NCBI GenBank assembly: GCA_963742695.1
Contig: CAVUNF010000030.1
Coordinates: 174,580-238,579 of the forward strand
Direction: 5' to 3'
DNA: 64,000 bases
Source: an uncultured Alphaproteobacteria bacterium
Lineage (GTDB): Bacteria; Pseudomonadota; Alphaproteobacteria; Rhizobiales; Xanthobacteraceae
Shown here: one piece after another, positions 50,965 through 61,469 of the stretch
Layout of the letters: every line of letters starts with the position of its first letter
How positions within the stretch are numbered: the first letter of the stretch is position 1
Made by a program: the position numbers and the translations under genes
Notes under the pieces: model-generated
Databases searched by the model: none
The model's input: the letters and a program-made list of their open reading frames with translations, nothing else
Told to the model about the DNA's origin: nothing

Positions 50965-51933
50965 TCAAGCGCCCTTGTGCTGAAACTGCCCGGCCTTGCG
51001 GAAACGCCAGAGATACTGCGGCGCGATGGCTTCCAGCGAATCCGCCGCCACTCCCAGCCCCTGCAGCGTCAGCCCCGCCGCTTTCGCCGCGTCCGACACC
51101 ACATTGTCCGCGCGCAGCATCGCCACCTGGTCCGGCGTCAGTTTCAACGGCCCCGGCGCGAATTGCAGGAACGTCGCTTTGAACTTTGCCAGCCCGAACG
51201 GCAACGAGACCAGCATGCGCCGGCGTTCGATCGTCGCCAGGATGATGTCCATGATCTCGCGCATGGTCAGCACTTCCGGACCGCCGAGTTCATAAATGGC
51301 GCCGGCCTTGGTCTTGCCGTCGACGGCGTCGGCGACCGCGGTGGCGACATCGCCGACATACACTGGCTGCACTCTTGTCAGGCCGCCGCCGATCAGCGGC
51401 AGCACCGGCGAGATCGGCGCCAATGCTGCAAAACGGTTGGTGAATTGATCCTCGGGACCGAACATGAGCGAAGGCCGCAGGATGGTGGCGTCAGGGGTGG
51501 CGGCCAGCACCGCCTTTTCGCCCGCGGCCTTGGAACGGCCGTAACGCGACAGCGAATTTTCATCCGAGCCGATCGCCGAGACGTGCACCATCCGCGCGCC
51601 GACGGCGGCCGCCGCCTTGGCCACCGCGCCGGCCCCTGCTGCCTGCACCGCGTCGAATCTCTGGGCGCCGCCTTCAGCCAGGATGCCGACCAGATTGATG
51701 GCGATGTGGGAATCGCGCATCGCGGCCTCGACGGAACCCGGGTAGCGCAAATTGGCCTGCACGGCATGGATCTGCCCGACCTTGCCGATCGGCTGCAGAT
51801 GGCCGGCCAATTCCGGCCGCCGCACCGCGATCCGGATCCGGTAATCGCGCTTGCACAGCGCCCGGACCACGTTGCGTCCCAGAAAGCCCGATCCTCCGAA
51901 AATCGTGACGAGGGTGTCCAGATTCGATGCCAT
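50965..51933 (-). CDS. complex I NDUFA9-like SDR family protein
   Basis: TIFGGSGFLG, INLVGIL, HVSAIG, YGRSKAAGE, QPVYVGDVA. Confidence 0.88.
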   Translation of the reverse strand: MASNLDTLVTIFGGSGFLGRNVVRALCKRDYRIRIAVRRPELAGHLQPIGKVGQIHAVQANLRYPGSVEAAMRDSHIAINLVGILAEGGAQRFDAVQAAGAGAVAKAAAAVGARMVHVSAIGSDENSLSRYGRSKAAGEKAVLAATPDATILRPSLMFGPEDQFTNRFAALAPISPVLPLIGGGLTRVQPVYVGDVATAVADAVDGKTKAGAIYELGGPEVLTMREIMDIILATIERRRMLVSLPFGLAKFKATFLQFAPGPLKLTPDQVAMLRADNVVSDAAKAAGLTLQGLGVAADSLEAIAPQYLWRFRKAGQFQHKGA

Positions 51934-52081
51934 GGCGTCAATTTCCTGGGGTCAGATTCGTTGGATCGCAGCGCTATTCAACGGTTTCGCGATACGCCAT
52001 CGGGCCAGCGCTGTACAGCGTATTTGGGTCGTATCCAGCCAATTTGACAAGCGCGCGACCGATCCGTACTAACCGGCCCGG

Positions 52082-52168
<87 letters not shown>

Positions 52169-52352
52169 CTTGTGCCCGAGCCCATGATCCGCTCCGCCGA
52201 TGCGGCCCGATCGGCCCTCCTTTTCGGAGGTCCGTCCTTCGGCGGCCGTGGCGCGTTCAGCTCACGCCAACCCTCGACAAAAGTCGCTGCCCTTGGCACG
52301 ATGTTGCCGCGCAGCGCTTTGGTTTGCGGTGCTGGAAGATGGACTGCATTAG

Positions 52353-53503
52353 TTGGAAAGCAAATCCGCGGAATCTGAGCTGATCGACCGGATATACGAG
52401 TGCGGCTTCGTGCCGGAACTCTGGCCGCAGGTCCTCAAGGATACGTCGAAGATATCCGACTCCGCCGGCGCTTCGCTGTTCGTCACCAATCCCAACATTA
52501 TTGCCTGGACGGCTTCGAAAAACTCGCAACCCATTGCGGAACGCTTCGTCGCCGACGGCTGGTACTGGCGCGGCCAGCTGATGTCCCGCATTCACAACAG
52601 CCGTCATCACGGTTTCATCCGCGACCTCGATCTCTGTTCGGAGGCCGAGCTGGAACAGGAGCCGATCTATCGCGACAATTGGCGCAAGCTTGGCCTTTGG
52701 TGGGGCGCGGCGACGGCCTTTGCGTTGCCAACGGGCGAAGCGCTCTCGATCGTGCTGTCGCGCACCGCCGCTCAGGGGCCGGCCAGCAGCGAGGCTCTTC
52801 AAAGACTGGACATGCTGCGCCCGCATCTCGCGCGTACGGCGGTCATGGCGGCGCGGCTGCATTTGGCGCGCGCCGAGGCCGCCAGCCAGACGCTTGCCGC
52901 GCTCGGCATGGCCGCGATGGTGCTGGCCGACAGCGGCAAGGTGCTTGCCGCCAACAGCCTGATCGAAAACCTTGTCAGTCACGTGCACTGGCGCGCCGGC
53001 GGCAGGGTCACGCTTGCGGACAAGAGCGCGGATGATCTGCTCGTCGAGGCGCTCGCCCGGATCGCCGGAACGACAATGGCGGCGTCCGGTCGTTTCCGGT
53101 CCGTGATGCCATAACCGATACGCTGATGGTCGGTCACGTCGTGCCGATCAAGTTCTCTGCGCGCGATATCTTCGCGGCCAGCAGCGCCGTTTTCGTCCTG
53201 ATGCCGGTCACGGCGCCAAGCTCGCCGCCGGTGGAACTGGTGATGTCGCTGTTCGATCTCACGCCGGCCGAAGCCCGCGTCGCCCGCGGCCTCGCCGCCG
53301 GCAAGACGGTGGACGACCTCGCCGGCGACAACGACGTTTCGCCGAACACGGTTCGTGCCCAGGTGCGCGGCGTGTTGGAGAAAACCGGTTGCCAGCGTCA
53401 GACCGATGTGGTCGCCTTGCTGGGCGGAATATCGGTGGTTCGCGGGGGAAATACTAGGACATTGAAATCCACCGCCGCGCGCGAGCGAATTGGCCGGACA
53501 TAA
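52353..53503 (+). CDS. LuxR/NarL-type HTH regulator with N-terminal GAF/PAS-like region, frameshift near 53075
   Basis: LIDRIYE..PELW, LRPHLAR, LFDLTPAEARVA..LA.G..V..TVRAQVR.VLEKTG..RQ. Confidence 0.85.
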
Positions 53504-53631
53504 TCAGAATTGATGATGCGGACGCTTCGAGCGCCGTTTACGTGATTAATTGCGCAAAGTTGGCTGTTTCGACGCGTCGTCGCGCGGCCTGGTTGTCTAC
53601 GACGAATATTTTTTCATTTTGGGGTGCTTGA

Positions 53632-56600
53632 ATGTTGCGATCTTTGCTTCGTTCGTTCGCTTTCTCCTCACTGGTTTTCTTCGCATCGTCGCAAGCAGTA
53701 TTCGCCCAGTCCGCACCGGACTGCAGCAGCGAAAAGACGCTGAAATCGTCCGGCGTCGACTTCCGCGACCGAGCTTTCATTTCAGAACAGGTCCGCCGAC
53801 AAGCGCCGCATCTACTGGATCGACCAGGACGGCGACCGCAAATTCTACGGCATCGTCGAGCCGGGCAACGTCTTCAGGCAGCCGACCTTTGCAAACCATG
53901 CCTGGGTCGTGACCGACGATGCCGAGAAATGTCTCTATGCCTTCGTTGCGTCAACTGAACCGCGCACCGTCGATGTCGGCGAAGCCGCGGCCGCCGTGGT
54001 CGCGCCGCCGCCGCCGGGTGCCCAGCAGCCGATCGCACAGGCGCCTGTCGCGCCGCCCGCTGCGCAGCAAATGGTGGCGCCTCCACCTCGCCGCCGTCGT
54101 CCAGGCGCCGCCGCCTGCTCCTCCGCCACCGCCTGTCGCGGCAGCAGCGCCGCCGCAACAGGTTGCCGCCGATCCGTTGCCGCAGATTTCGCCGATCGAG
54201 CAATTTCAGCTCAGCGGCATCCAGCGGCTGAGTTCGCGCATCGACCCCAGCAAGTTTCTCAACAACCCGCCGCCGTCGGGCACGGTCGATGTTGCCGCCG
54301 CGAAACCCGACTGGGACAGCGCGCAATGGACGTTCGAGGCCGTGCGCGGCACGCCGTTCGTGCGGATCAAGAACAAATGGAAAAGCACCTATCTCGCCGA
54401 TTTCAACGGCAAGCCGCGGGCAATGGCGGCGGCGCCTGACGCCACCGAAACGCATTGGACGTTCGAGCCGGTCGATGGCACCGAGTTCGTCCAGTTCCGG
54501 AACCGCGAGAGCGATGGCTTCCTGCTCAACATCAACGGCGCGGCGGCCGTGGTGGCGACGATTTCGGCCAGGAGATGGAGAACAACAGCCATTGGCGTGT
54601 GCGTTGCGCTCAGTAGCCGCCCCGTCGCGGCGGCTGCGCCCCGCAACCAGGCTTACGATCTGGCCTCGGCCGATTGCCGGGAAATCGGTGGCTTCTGGAC
54701 CGGCTCCTCATGCCGGCGTCCGGCCTATATCGCTGAACCCTTGTCGTGCCGCCGCGGCTTTCAATGGTCGGAAGCCGCGGGCGAATGTGAGTGGGTCGGC
54801 GGCGGAAGCTGCCCGCCCTGGCAGATGGGACCTGGCGGCAGCTGCCGCAGGGATCTGGTCTGCCGCGGCGGCGACGTCGAGATTTCCGGCAACGGGCGTC
54901 AAGCCTGCTATTGCCCGCGCGGCACGGTTGCCTGGGGCGACTATCCCTATCTCTCCTGCGTGCCCTCGGTCTCGCGCGTTGCGCCGTATCTGATTCCGGC
55001 CGTTGCCGGCGCCGTCGTGCTGGGGATCATCAGCGGCGGCAAGGACCGTCCGCAAGTCGGCCCAGTCTTCGGCAACAAGAAATTCTGCGGTCCCGGTCAA
55101 ACCGGCACGCCGCCGAACTGCGTCGCGGCGCAGGCCTGCAAGCCTCCGCTGGTCGGCACGCCGCCGAATTGCTTGCGCAGGTTCCCCGCGCCAATCGTGA
55201 CTCCGGTGGTGAACACCACGAACCCGACCACAACACCCGTGGTCACACCCACCACGACGCCGATCGTTGTTGCGACGCCAACGCCAACGCCAACGTCAAC
55301 ACCGACTGGCGGTACGACGGTCTGTCAGATCGGCGAAACCAAAAACGCTGCCGGCAATTGCGTGAAGCTGAACGCCAGCATCACCTGCACCGGTGGCCGG
55401 ATCGAGCAGGGCGTTTGCGGTTGTCCGACCGGGACGACGCTCCAGGGCGGCGGCACCAACTTCCAGTGTGTTGCCGCGGCAAGGACCGGCACCAACACGG
55501 TTTGCCAGATCGGCGAAACCAAGGACGCCGCCGGCAACTGCGTGAAGCTGAACGCCAGCATCACCTGCACGGGCGGCCGGATCGAGCAGGGCGTTTGCGG
55601 ATGCCCGACCGGAACGACGGCTCACGGGCAGCGGCACAGAATTTCCAATGCGTCGCGGCCAACACCGGAGTAAATCCGACGCCCACCCCGACGCCAACTG
55701 CCACGCCGACGCCCAATCCACGCGGACCTGCAACGGCGGCGGCCCGCCGCTCTGCACCGACGGCCAGAATACGGCCAGCGGGTGCCGCTGCGCCGCGCCC
55801 TTGACCGAACTGCCCGGCGGCAAGTGCAGCCAGCCGACCGCGCGGGGCGCGGCGTGTCTCGAAGGACAGAACATTGCGCAGACCGGTTGCAACTGCGTGG
55901 CACCGCTGAAGCCGATCGAAAACGGATTCTGCGGCCGGCTGCTGCTGAACGAAACCAAGCCGATTTCGAAGGGTGGAATCTGCAAGCAGGGCGACGACAT
56001 CGCGGCGACCAAGTGCACCTGCAACATGAATACGGTCGATGCCGGCGGCGGAAGGTTCATCTGCTCTTCGGTCAGCTATACGACTTGCACCGACGGTCAG
56101 CTCATGGGCGGTACCGGCTGCAAGTGCCGCATGAAGACCGTCAAAGTTGGCAACGACCTCTACTGCACGGCCTCCGGCAAGGCGCCGCTCGTTGGAGGTG
56201 CGTCGTGCACCGAAGGGCAGAGCACGGCCGGCGGTTGCCGTTGCGTACTCCCGCTGGTCGATCTGCCGGGCGGTCGTTGCGGCAAGCCGACCGCGCGCGG
56301 CGCGGCCTGTCTCGAAGGACAGAACATCGCGCAGACCGGGTGCACCTGCGCCGCTCCGCTGAAGCCGATCGAGAACGGTGTCTGCGGCCGGCTGCTCCTC
56401 AACGAGACCAAGCCAACCAGCAAAGGCGGAACCTGCGGCGAAGGTCAGGACATCGTCGCCACCAAATGCGCTTGCCTGATGAAGACTATCGATCAAGGCG
56501 GCGGCAAGTTCATCTGCAGCGCCACCGCGGCACCGTCCGGCGTCAGGACTGCGCCGACGCCCACTCCCACTCCCACGCCCCCGCCAGGCCGGCCGGGTAC

Positions 56601-56982
56601 GACAGCGGCGCCATCGCCGACGCCGACGCCCACTCCAACAGTTGCGCCGAAGCCGGTTGTGACCCCGTCGCCAACGCCGACGGCTGCGCCCAAGCCAGTG
56701 GTCGCACCGTCACCAACGCCCACGCCCAAGCCGACGTTGGCTCCGCCGCCTCCGCCCAAGCCGGTGACACCGCCACCTCCGCCGCCGCCGAAGCCCGTGA
56801 CTGCGCCGCCACCACCGCCGAAACCGGTGACCGCGCCGCCGCCTCCGCCAAAGCCGGTGACGCCACCACCGCCACCGCCGAAGCCCGTGGTCGCGCCACC
56901 GCCGCCTCCGCCGCCCAAGCCGACGCCGCCACCAGCCTGCGCGCCGCCGAAGAAGCTGAACCCGGCGGGCCAGTGCGTGTGA
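53632..56982 (+). CDS. large secreted modular protein: VHL-beta-like domain, beta-trefoil, Cys-rich repeats, Pro-rich linkers (several frameshifts)
   Basis: Signal peptide at 53632; frames join into one coherent ~1100-aa protein across ORFs 53632, 53909, 53919 and 55648. Confidence 0.75.
55317..55660 (+). repeat. tandem duplication, 180-nt period (Cys-rich module)
   Basis: TVCQIGETK(N/D)AAGNCVKLNASITCTGGRIEQGVCGCPTGTT occurs twice. Confidence 0.92.
55753..56520 (+). repeat. duplication with 453-nt period (three Cys modules per copy)
   Basis: PTARGAACLEGQNIAQTGC.C.APLKPIENG.CGRLLLNETKP occurs twice. Confidence 0.9.
56540..56940 (+). repeat. Pro/Thr and PPPPPKPV(T/V) low-complexity tandem repeats
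   Basis: Repeated (A/T)PPPPPKPV units in the ORF 55648 translation. Confidence 0.9.
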
Positions 56983-56994
56983 CGGCAAGTCGTT

Positions 56995-57033
56995 CGATGC
57001 CGCGGCGTGATGTGCACCCACGCCGCGGCATCG
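56995..57033 (+). other. 15-bp perfect stem-loop between the large protein and its partner gene
   Basis: CGATGCCGCGGCGTG-N9-CACGCCGCGGCATCG with no U-tract. Confidence 0.7.
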
Positions 57034-57072
57034 CTTGGATCAAGGCGATGAGATCAGCCGTGACGAGATTCC

Positions 57073-57735
57073 GTGATGGTCAGACTGCTGGCAATCATCG
57101 TGTTGATGGCATTCAGCGGAATCGCCCACGCGCAAACCCGCACCTATTCCTGCGCCAAGGGCAATGCCATCACGCTGACGGTGATCGCTCCGAACGCGAT
57201 CAAGGCTGGCCCGATCGAGGGCGGCACCATGCGGCTGAAGCAGAGCGCGGGCGATCCGCTGCGGTATTTCGAGGGCGATTACGCGGTGCAGATTTCGCCG
57301 GACCAGACCCAGATCACGGTCGAAATTCCGGACTGGGGATCGGCCAAATGCAGCTTCAAACCGCAGGCCGCCGCTCAGGACGGCCGGCCCGGTCTCGGCA
57401 ACACCGATCCGTGCGGCCCCGGATTCCATCAAGCGCCGCAGACCGACCGCTGCGATCCCAACGATTCTCATCCGGCGCGGCGCACCGCGAGCCAGGGCAA
57501 GCTGCCGATGGCGGGCATGTCGCTCGGCGGCATCATGCGCAGCGGGCCGTCGATGTCGGCGGCGAAGCTCGCCAGCCTGTCCGAGAAGAGCGGCATCACG
57601 CTGCTGGAGCGCGCCGGGACCATGGACGGGTATGACTGGTTCAAGATCGAATTCCACGGACGGATCGGCTATCAGTGGGGCGGCATCATGTGTTCTGACG
57701 AAGCGATCTCGGGCATTTTTCAGAAATGCGAGTAA
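57073..57735 (+). CDS. secreted protein with C-terminal bacterial SH3-like domain
   Basis: Signal peptide ending AHA; MRSGPSM..KLASL..ITLL..DWFKIEF.GRIGY. Confidence 0.72.
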   Translation: MMVRLLAIIVLMAFSGIAHAQTRTYSCAKGNAITLTVIAPNAIKAGPIEGGTMRLKQSAGDPLRYFEGDYAVQISPDQTQITVEIPDWGSAKCSFKPQAAAQDGRPGLGNTDPCGPGFHQAPQTDRCDPNDSHPARRTASQGKLPMAGMSLGGIMRSGPSMSAAKLASLSEKSGITLLERAGTMDGYDWFKIEFHGRIGYQWGGIMCSDEAISGIFQKCE

Positions 57736-57788
57736 TCGTTGCTCGGGGACGAGACGATGCAGATCCGCTTCGACAGGTGATCCAGCTT

Positions 57789-58843
57789 CTATCTCTCCCA
57801 CTCCGGGCTGATCGCCGGAAACGGCATCGCCGCCACGGCGGCCTGGGCGTAGAACTTGTCGCGGTATTCGGTCGGCGAGACGGAAAGCTCGCGCAGGAAA
57901 ATCCGGCGCATGGCCGCGGCGGAGCCGAGACCGCAGCGTTGTGCCACGACCTTGGGCGCAATCGCGGTCTCCTCGAGCAGCCGGCGTGCCTCCTGCAGGC
58001 GTAGCGACATCACGAATTCCGCCGGGGTGCGTCCGGTGCCTTCGCGAAAGCTGCGGATGAAATTGCGTTCGCTCATCGACACGCGCTTCGCCAGCGCACG
58101 AGACGCGCAGATCGCCATCGAGATTTTCGTGGCACCAGGACTGCAGCTGCTGAATGGCGGGGATCGATGAAAACTGCGCCTGCAGCAGCGTTGAAAACTG
58201 TGCCTGCCCGCCGGAGCGCTTCAGGAACAGCACGAGATAGCGGGCGATCTTGAGTGCGAAATCGCGGCCATGGTCTTCCTCCAGCAGGGCCAGCGCCAGA
58301 TCGATGCCGGCCGAAATCCCGGCCGAGCTGTAAAGGCTGCCGTCCCTGCACGAAAATGGAATCGACTTCAACGGTTGCGGTCGGGTTGCGGCGCGCGAGT
58401 TCGGCGCCGAGCGCCCAATGCGTGGTCACGCGTTTGCCGGCGATCAGGCCGGCGTTGGCCAGCACGAACACGCCGGTACAGATCGAACCGTAGCGGCGCG
58501 ACTTCGGCACCGTTTGCCGCAGCCATTCGAAAATCTCGGGATCCTGCACGGCGTCCGGGCCGCTGCCGCCCGACACCAGCAGCGTATCCACCGGAAGCGG
58601 CAGATCGTGCATCGAGCAAGCCGGCTGAAATGCAAAACCCAGTCCGGTCTGGATCGCTTCCGCGGTCGGCCCGACCGTGAAGATTTCGTAGAGCTGCCGC
58701 TGCATCAGGAAGTTGGAAAACCCGAACACCTGCAGCGGGCCGGCGACATCCAGCGCCGCAATGCCGGGATAGATCAGCATCGCGATGCGCCGCGGCGCTT
58801 CGCCGACCGGCGCCGGATCGGCGGCCTCTGTTTTGGTCTTCAC
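57789..58843 (-). CDS. GlxA-family (DJ-1/PfpI + AraC) regulator, frameshifted
   Basis: LDVAGPLQVF, SICTG, TTHW, SAGISAGIDLAL, RSGGQAQFS, MSERNF.R.F. Confidence 0.88.
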
Positions 58844-58954
58844 AATCGCTACCGTGTCACAACCAGTCTGGTTCAAATCGCCCGCCGGGCGCTTGCATCT
58901 TAGTCGGACAAACTCCGCCAATACCAGCGCAATCCACGCCAGATAGGCTGGCGC

Positions 58955-59707
58955 TCACTTCGTCTTCGCGCCGCCCTCGGCCGGCTTCACCCGGACCCGC
59001 GTCCGGTTGCTGACGCCCTTGTCGATCTCGAAGGCGCCGGTCTTGCGCACGAGATCGCTGAGCTTGTTGTGGCCGTAGGAGCGCACATCGAAGTCGGAGA
59101 AAAGATTGGAGAGTTGTCCGCCGACCTCACCGAGCAACACCCAGCCATCCTCGCTTTCGATTTGTGAAATCGCCTTCTGCAGGATGGGGATCGCCGCACT
59201 TGGCGGCCGCAGCGAATTCGGTTTCGGCGTCGCCTCCGCGCCGGAGGCGACCGGCTGCTGCGCCATGAGGTTTTCGGTGTAGATGAACCGGCGGCAGGCC
59301 TGCCGAAAACTCTCCGGCGTTTTCTGCGCGCCGAAACCGTAGACGTCGGCGCCCTGTTCGCGCAGCCGTGAGGCAAGTCGGGTGAAGTCGCTGTCGGACG
59401 ACACGAGACAGAAGCCGTCGAACCGGCCGCTGTGCAGCAGGTCCATGGCGTCGATCACCAGCGCAATGTCGGATGCGTTCTTGCCCTTGGTGTAGGCGAA
59501 CTGCTGATAGGGATCGATGGCGTATTTCTGCAGAATGTCGGTCCATGATTTCAGCTGCCCGCCGGAAAAATCCCCGTAGATGCGGCGCACGCTGGCCTCG
59601 CCGAATTTTGCAACTTCCTCGAACAGCCCGCCGGCGATCTGCGGCGAGGTGTTGTCGGCGTCGATCAGCACGGCAAACCGCGGCAGTCGTTGTTGTTCGG
59701 TTTTCAT
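58955..59707 (-). CDS. NYN (LabA/DUF88) domain protein with C-terminal OST-HTH/LOTUS domain
   Basis: AVLIDADN, RRIYGD, KNASDIALVIDAMD, VSSDSDF, FDVRSYG..KLSDL. Confidence 0.9.
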   Translation of the reverse strand: MKTEQQRLPRFAVLIDADNTSPQIAGGLFEEVAKFGEASVRRIYGDFSGGQLKSWTDILQKYAIDPYQQFAYTKGKNASDIALVIDAMDLLHSGRFDGFCLVSSDSDFTRLASRLREQGADVYGFGAQKTPESFRQACRRFIYTENLMAQQPVASGAEATPKPNSLRPPSAAIPILQKAISQIESEDGWVLLGEVGGQLSNLFSDFDVRSYGHNKLSDLVRKTGAFEIDKGVSNRTRVRVKPAEGGAKTK

Positions 59708-59971
59708 CAGGGCTCTCCGTCTGCGGGTGGCAGGCGATGCATATTGAAGCAATTTCGCTGATTCCGGGAAAAATGCGCCGGAAGCCGGGCACCGGCACTT
59801 TCGGGCCGTAAATTCCAGTGAAAGCTATGATCTTTCAGCGGTTTGTGCGAAAGAGAGAGCCCACCTTCCGATCATCTATCCCTCAGGCCGGCGGGGCTGG
59901 CGCGCCCCTCGTTTGTTGCGGGTTTCAACGTTAGTTTAGGCCATACCGATTCGACGAGGTTCGTAAACACC

Positions 59972-60600
59972 ATGACCGTACGCCTGCATCGCGGCGATCT
60001 GCCCGATCTGTCCCGCTACAGCGATTCCGTGGCGATCGATACCGAGACCATGGGGCTGCATCCGCATCGCGACCGGCTCTGCGTGGTGCAGCTGTCGAAT
60101 GGCGACGGCAGCGCCGACGTGGTGCAGATTCCGCAGGGTCATGCCGACAGGGTGCTGCCGACGCGCCGAACCTGAAGGCGCTGCTGGCCAATCCGAAGGT
60201 GACCAAGATCTTTCACTTCGCCCGCTTCGATGTCGCCGCGCTTTACAACGCCTTCGGCGTGATGCCGCAGCCGGTCTATTGCACCAAGATCGCCTCGCGG
60301 CTGACCCGCACCTACACCGACCGCCATGGCCTGAAGGATCTGGTGCGCGAGGTACTCAACATCGACCTGTCGAAGCAGCAGCAATCGAGCGACTGGGGCT
60401 CGCAGACGCTGAGCGAGGCGCAGCTGGCCTATGCGGCCTCCGACGTGCTGCATCTGCATGGCCTGCGGGAGCGGCTCGACGCCATGCTGGCGCGCGAGGG
60501 CCGCACCGGGCTCGCGCAGGCCTGTTTCGAATTCCTGCCGACGCGGGCAAAACTCGATTTGCAGGGCTGGGATACCGAGGATATTTTTGCGCATTCGTGA
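59972..60600 (+). CDS. rnd: ribonuclease D (DEDDy 3'-5' exonuclease), frameshift near 60150
   Basis: AIDTETMGL..DRLCVVQ, KIFHFARFD, YCTKIAS, QSSDW, YAASDV. Confidence 0.88.
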
Positions 60601-60731
60601 GCGGCACGCGCAGGCTCATTATGCCGCGGTTGCCGCCCTGTTTCGGTCACACTGGTAACGCGAGGTCGCGGGCTGCATAATCCGGCAAACCGGGCTAGAA
60701 TGACGAGCGGCGCCAGCGCTTTGGAGCAGCG

Positions 60732-61469
60732 GTGAATTCGGTTCAGAACCCAGCCTATCAAGCCGGCATGGACGCGCGCTTTGCGATCGCGGCGCGCCAC
60801 AGCCGGATGGTGCGGGTGCTGCGGGTCGCGGTCCCGGCGGCGGTGATCCTGGCGATGACGGCCATCCTGTTTGTCTCGATCTTCAATCCGTTCCGGATGC
60901 TGCTGCCGAAGCTGCCGATCGACATGGGAAATCTGGTGGTCTCCGGCACCAAGATCACGATGGAATCGCCGCATATGTCCGGCTACACGCCGGATCAGCG
61001 GCCCTACGAAGTCTGGGCCAAGACCGCGACCCAGGATGTCACCGATCCGGACCACGTCGAGCTCAAGACGCTGCGGGCCAAGGTGTTGATGGAAGACAAG
61101 ACCACCGTCACGCTGGACGCCCGCACCGGGTTGATGAACAACAAGCAGCAGGTGCTGGACCTGCACAAGGACATCTATTCTGCAATCCTCGACCGGCTAC
61201 GAAGCGTGGCTCACACAGGCGCTTGTCGATATGGCCAAGGGCACGGTGACTTCGGAAGAACATGTCGACGTCAAATGGCTGGGCGGAACGCTGACCGCCG
61301 ACAGACTGAGGATTACCGGAGGCGGAGAAGTGGTGAGGTTCGAAGGCAATGTGGTGATGAACCTGGACAAGCTCGGTGACGGCAACGCATCCGCTCCGCC
61401 CGCGGTGCCGGAGCCGGCGGCAGCTCCCGCCAAGACGCGGCCTCCGGCAAGTCCGCCAACCCGAAATGA
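60732..61469 (+). CDS. lptC: LPS export protein LptC, frameshifted
   Basis: RHSRMVR.LR, single TM, ITMESPH.SG; immediately upstream of lptA/lptB. Confidence 0.8.

Noticed and set aside
55317-56940. CRISPR array or non-coding repeat array
   Set aside because: The repeats are in-frame coding duplications with synonymous variation, have no repeat-spacer structure, and no cas genes are present.
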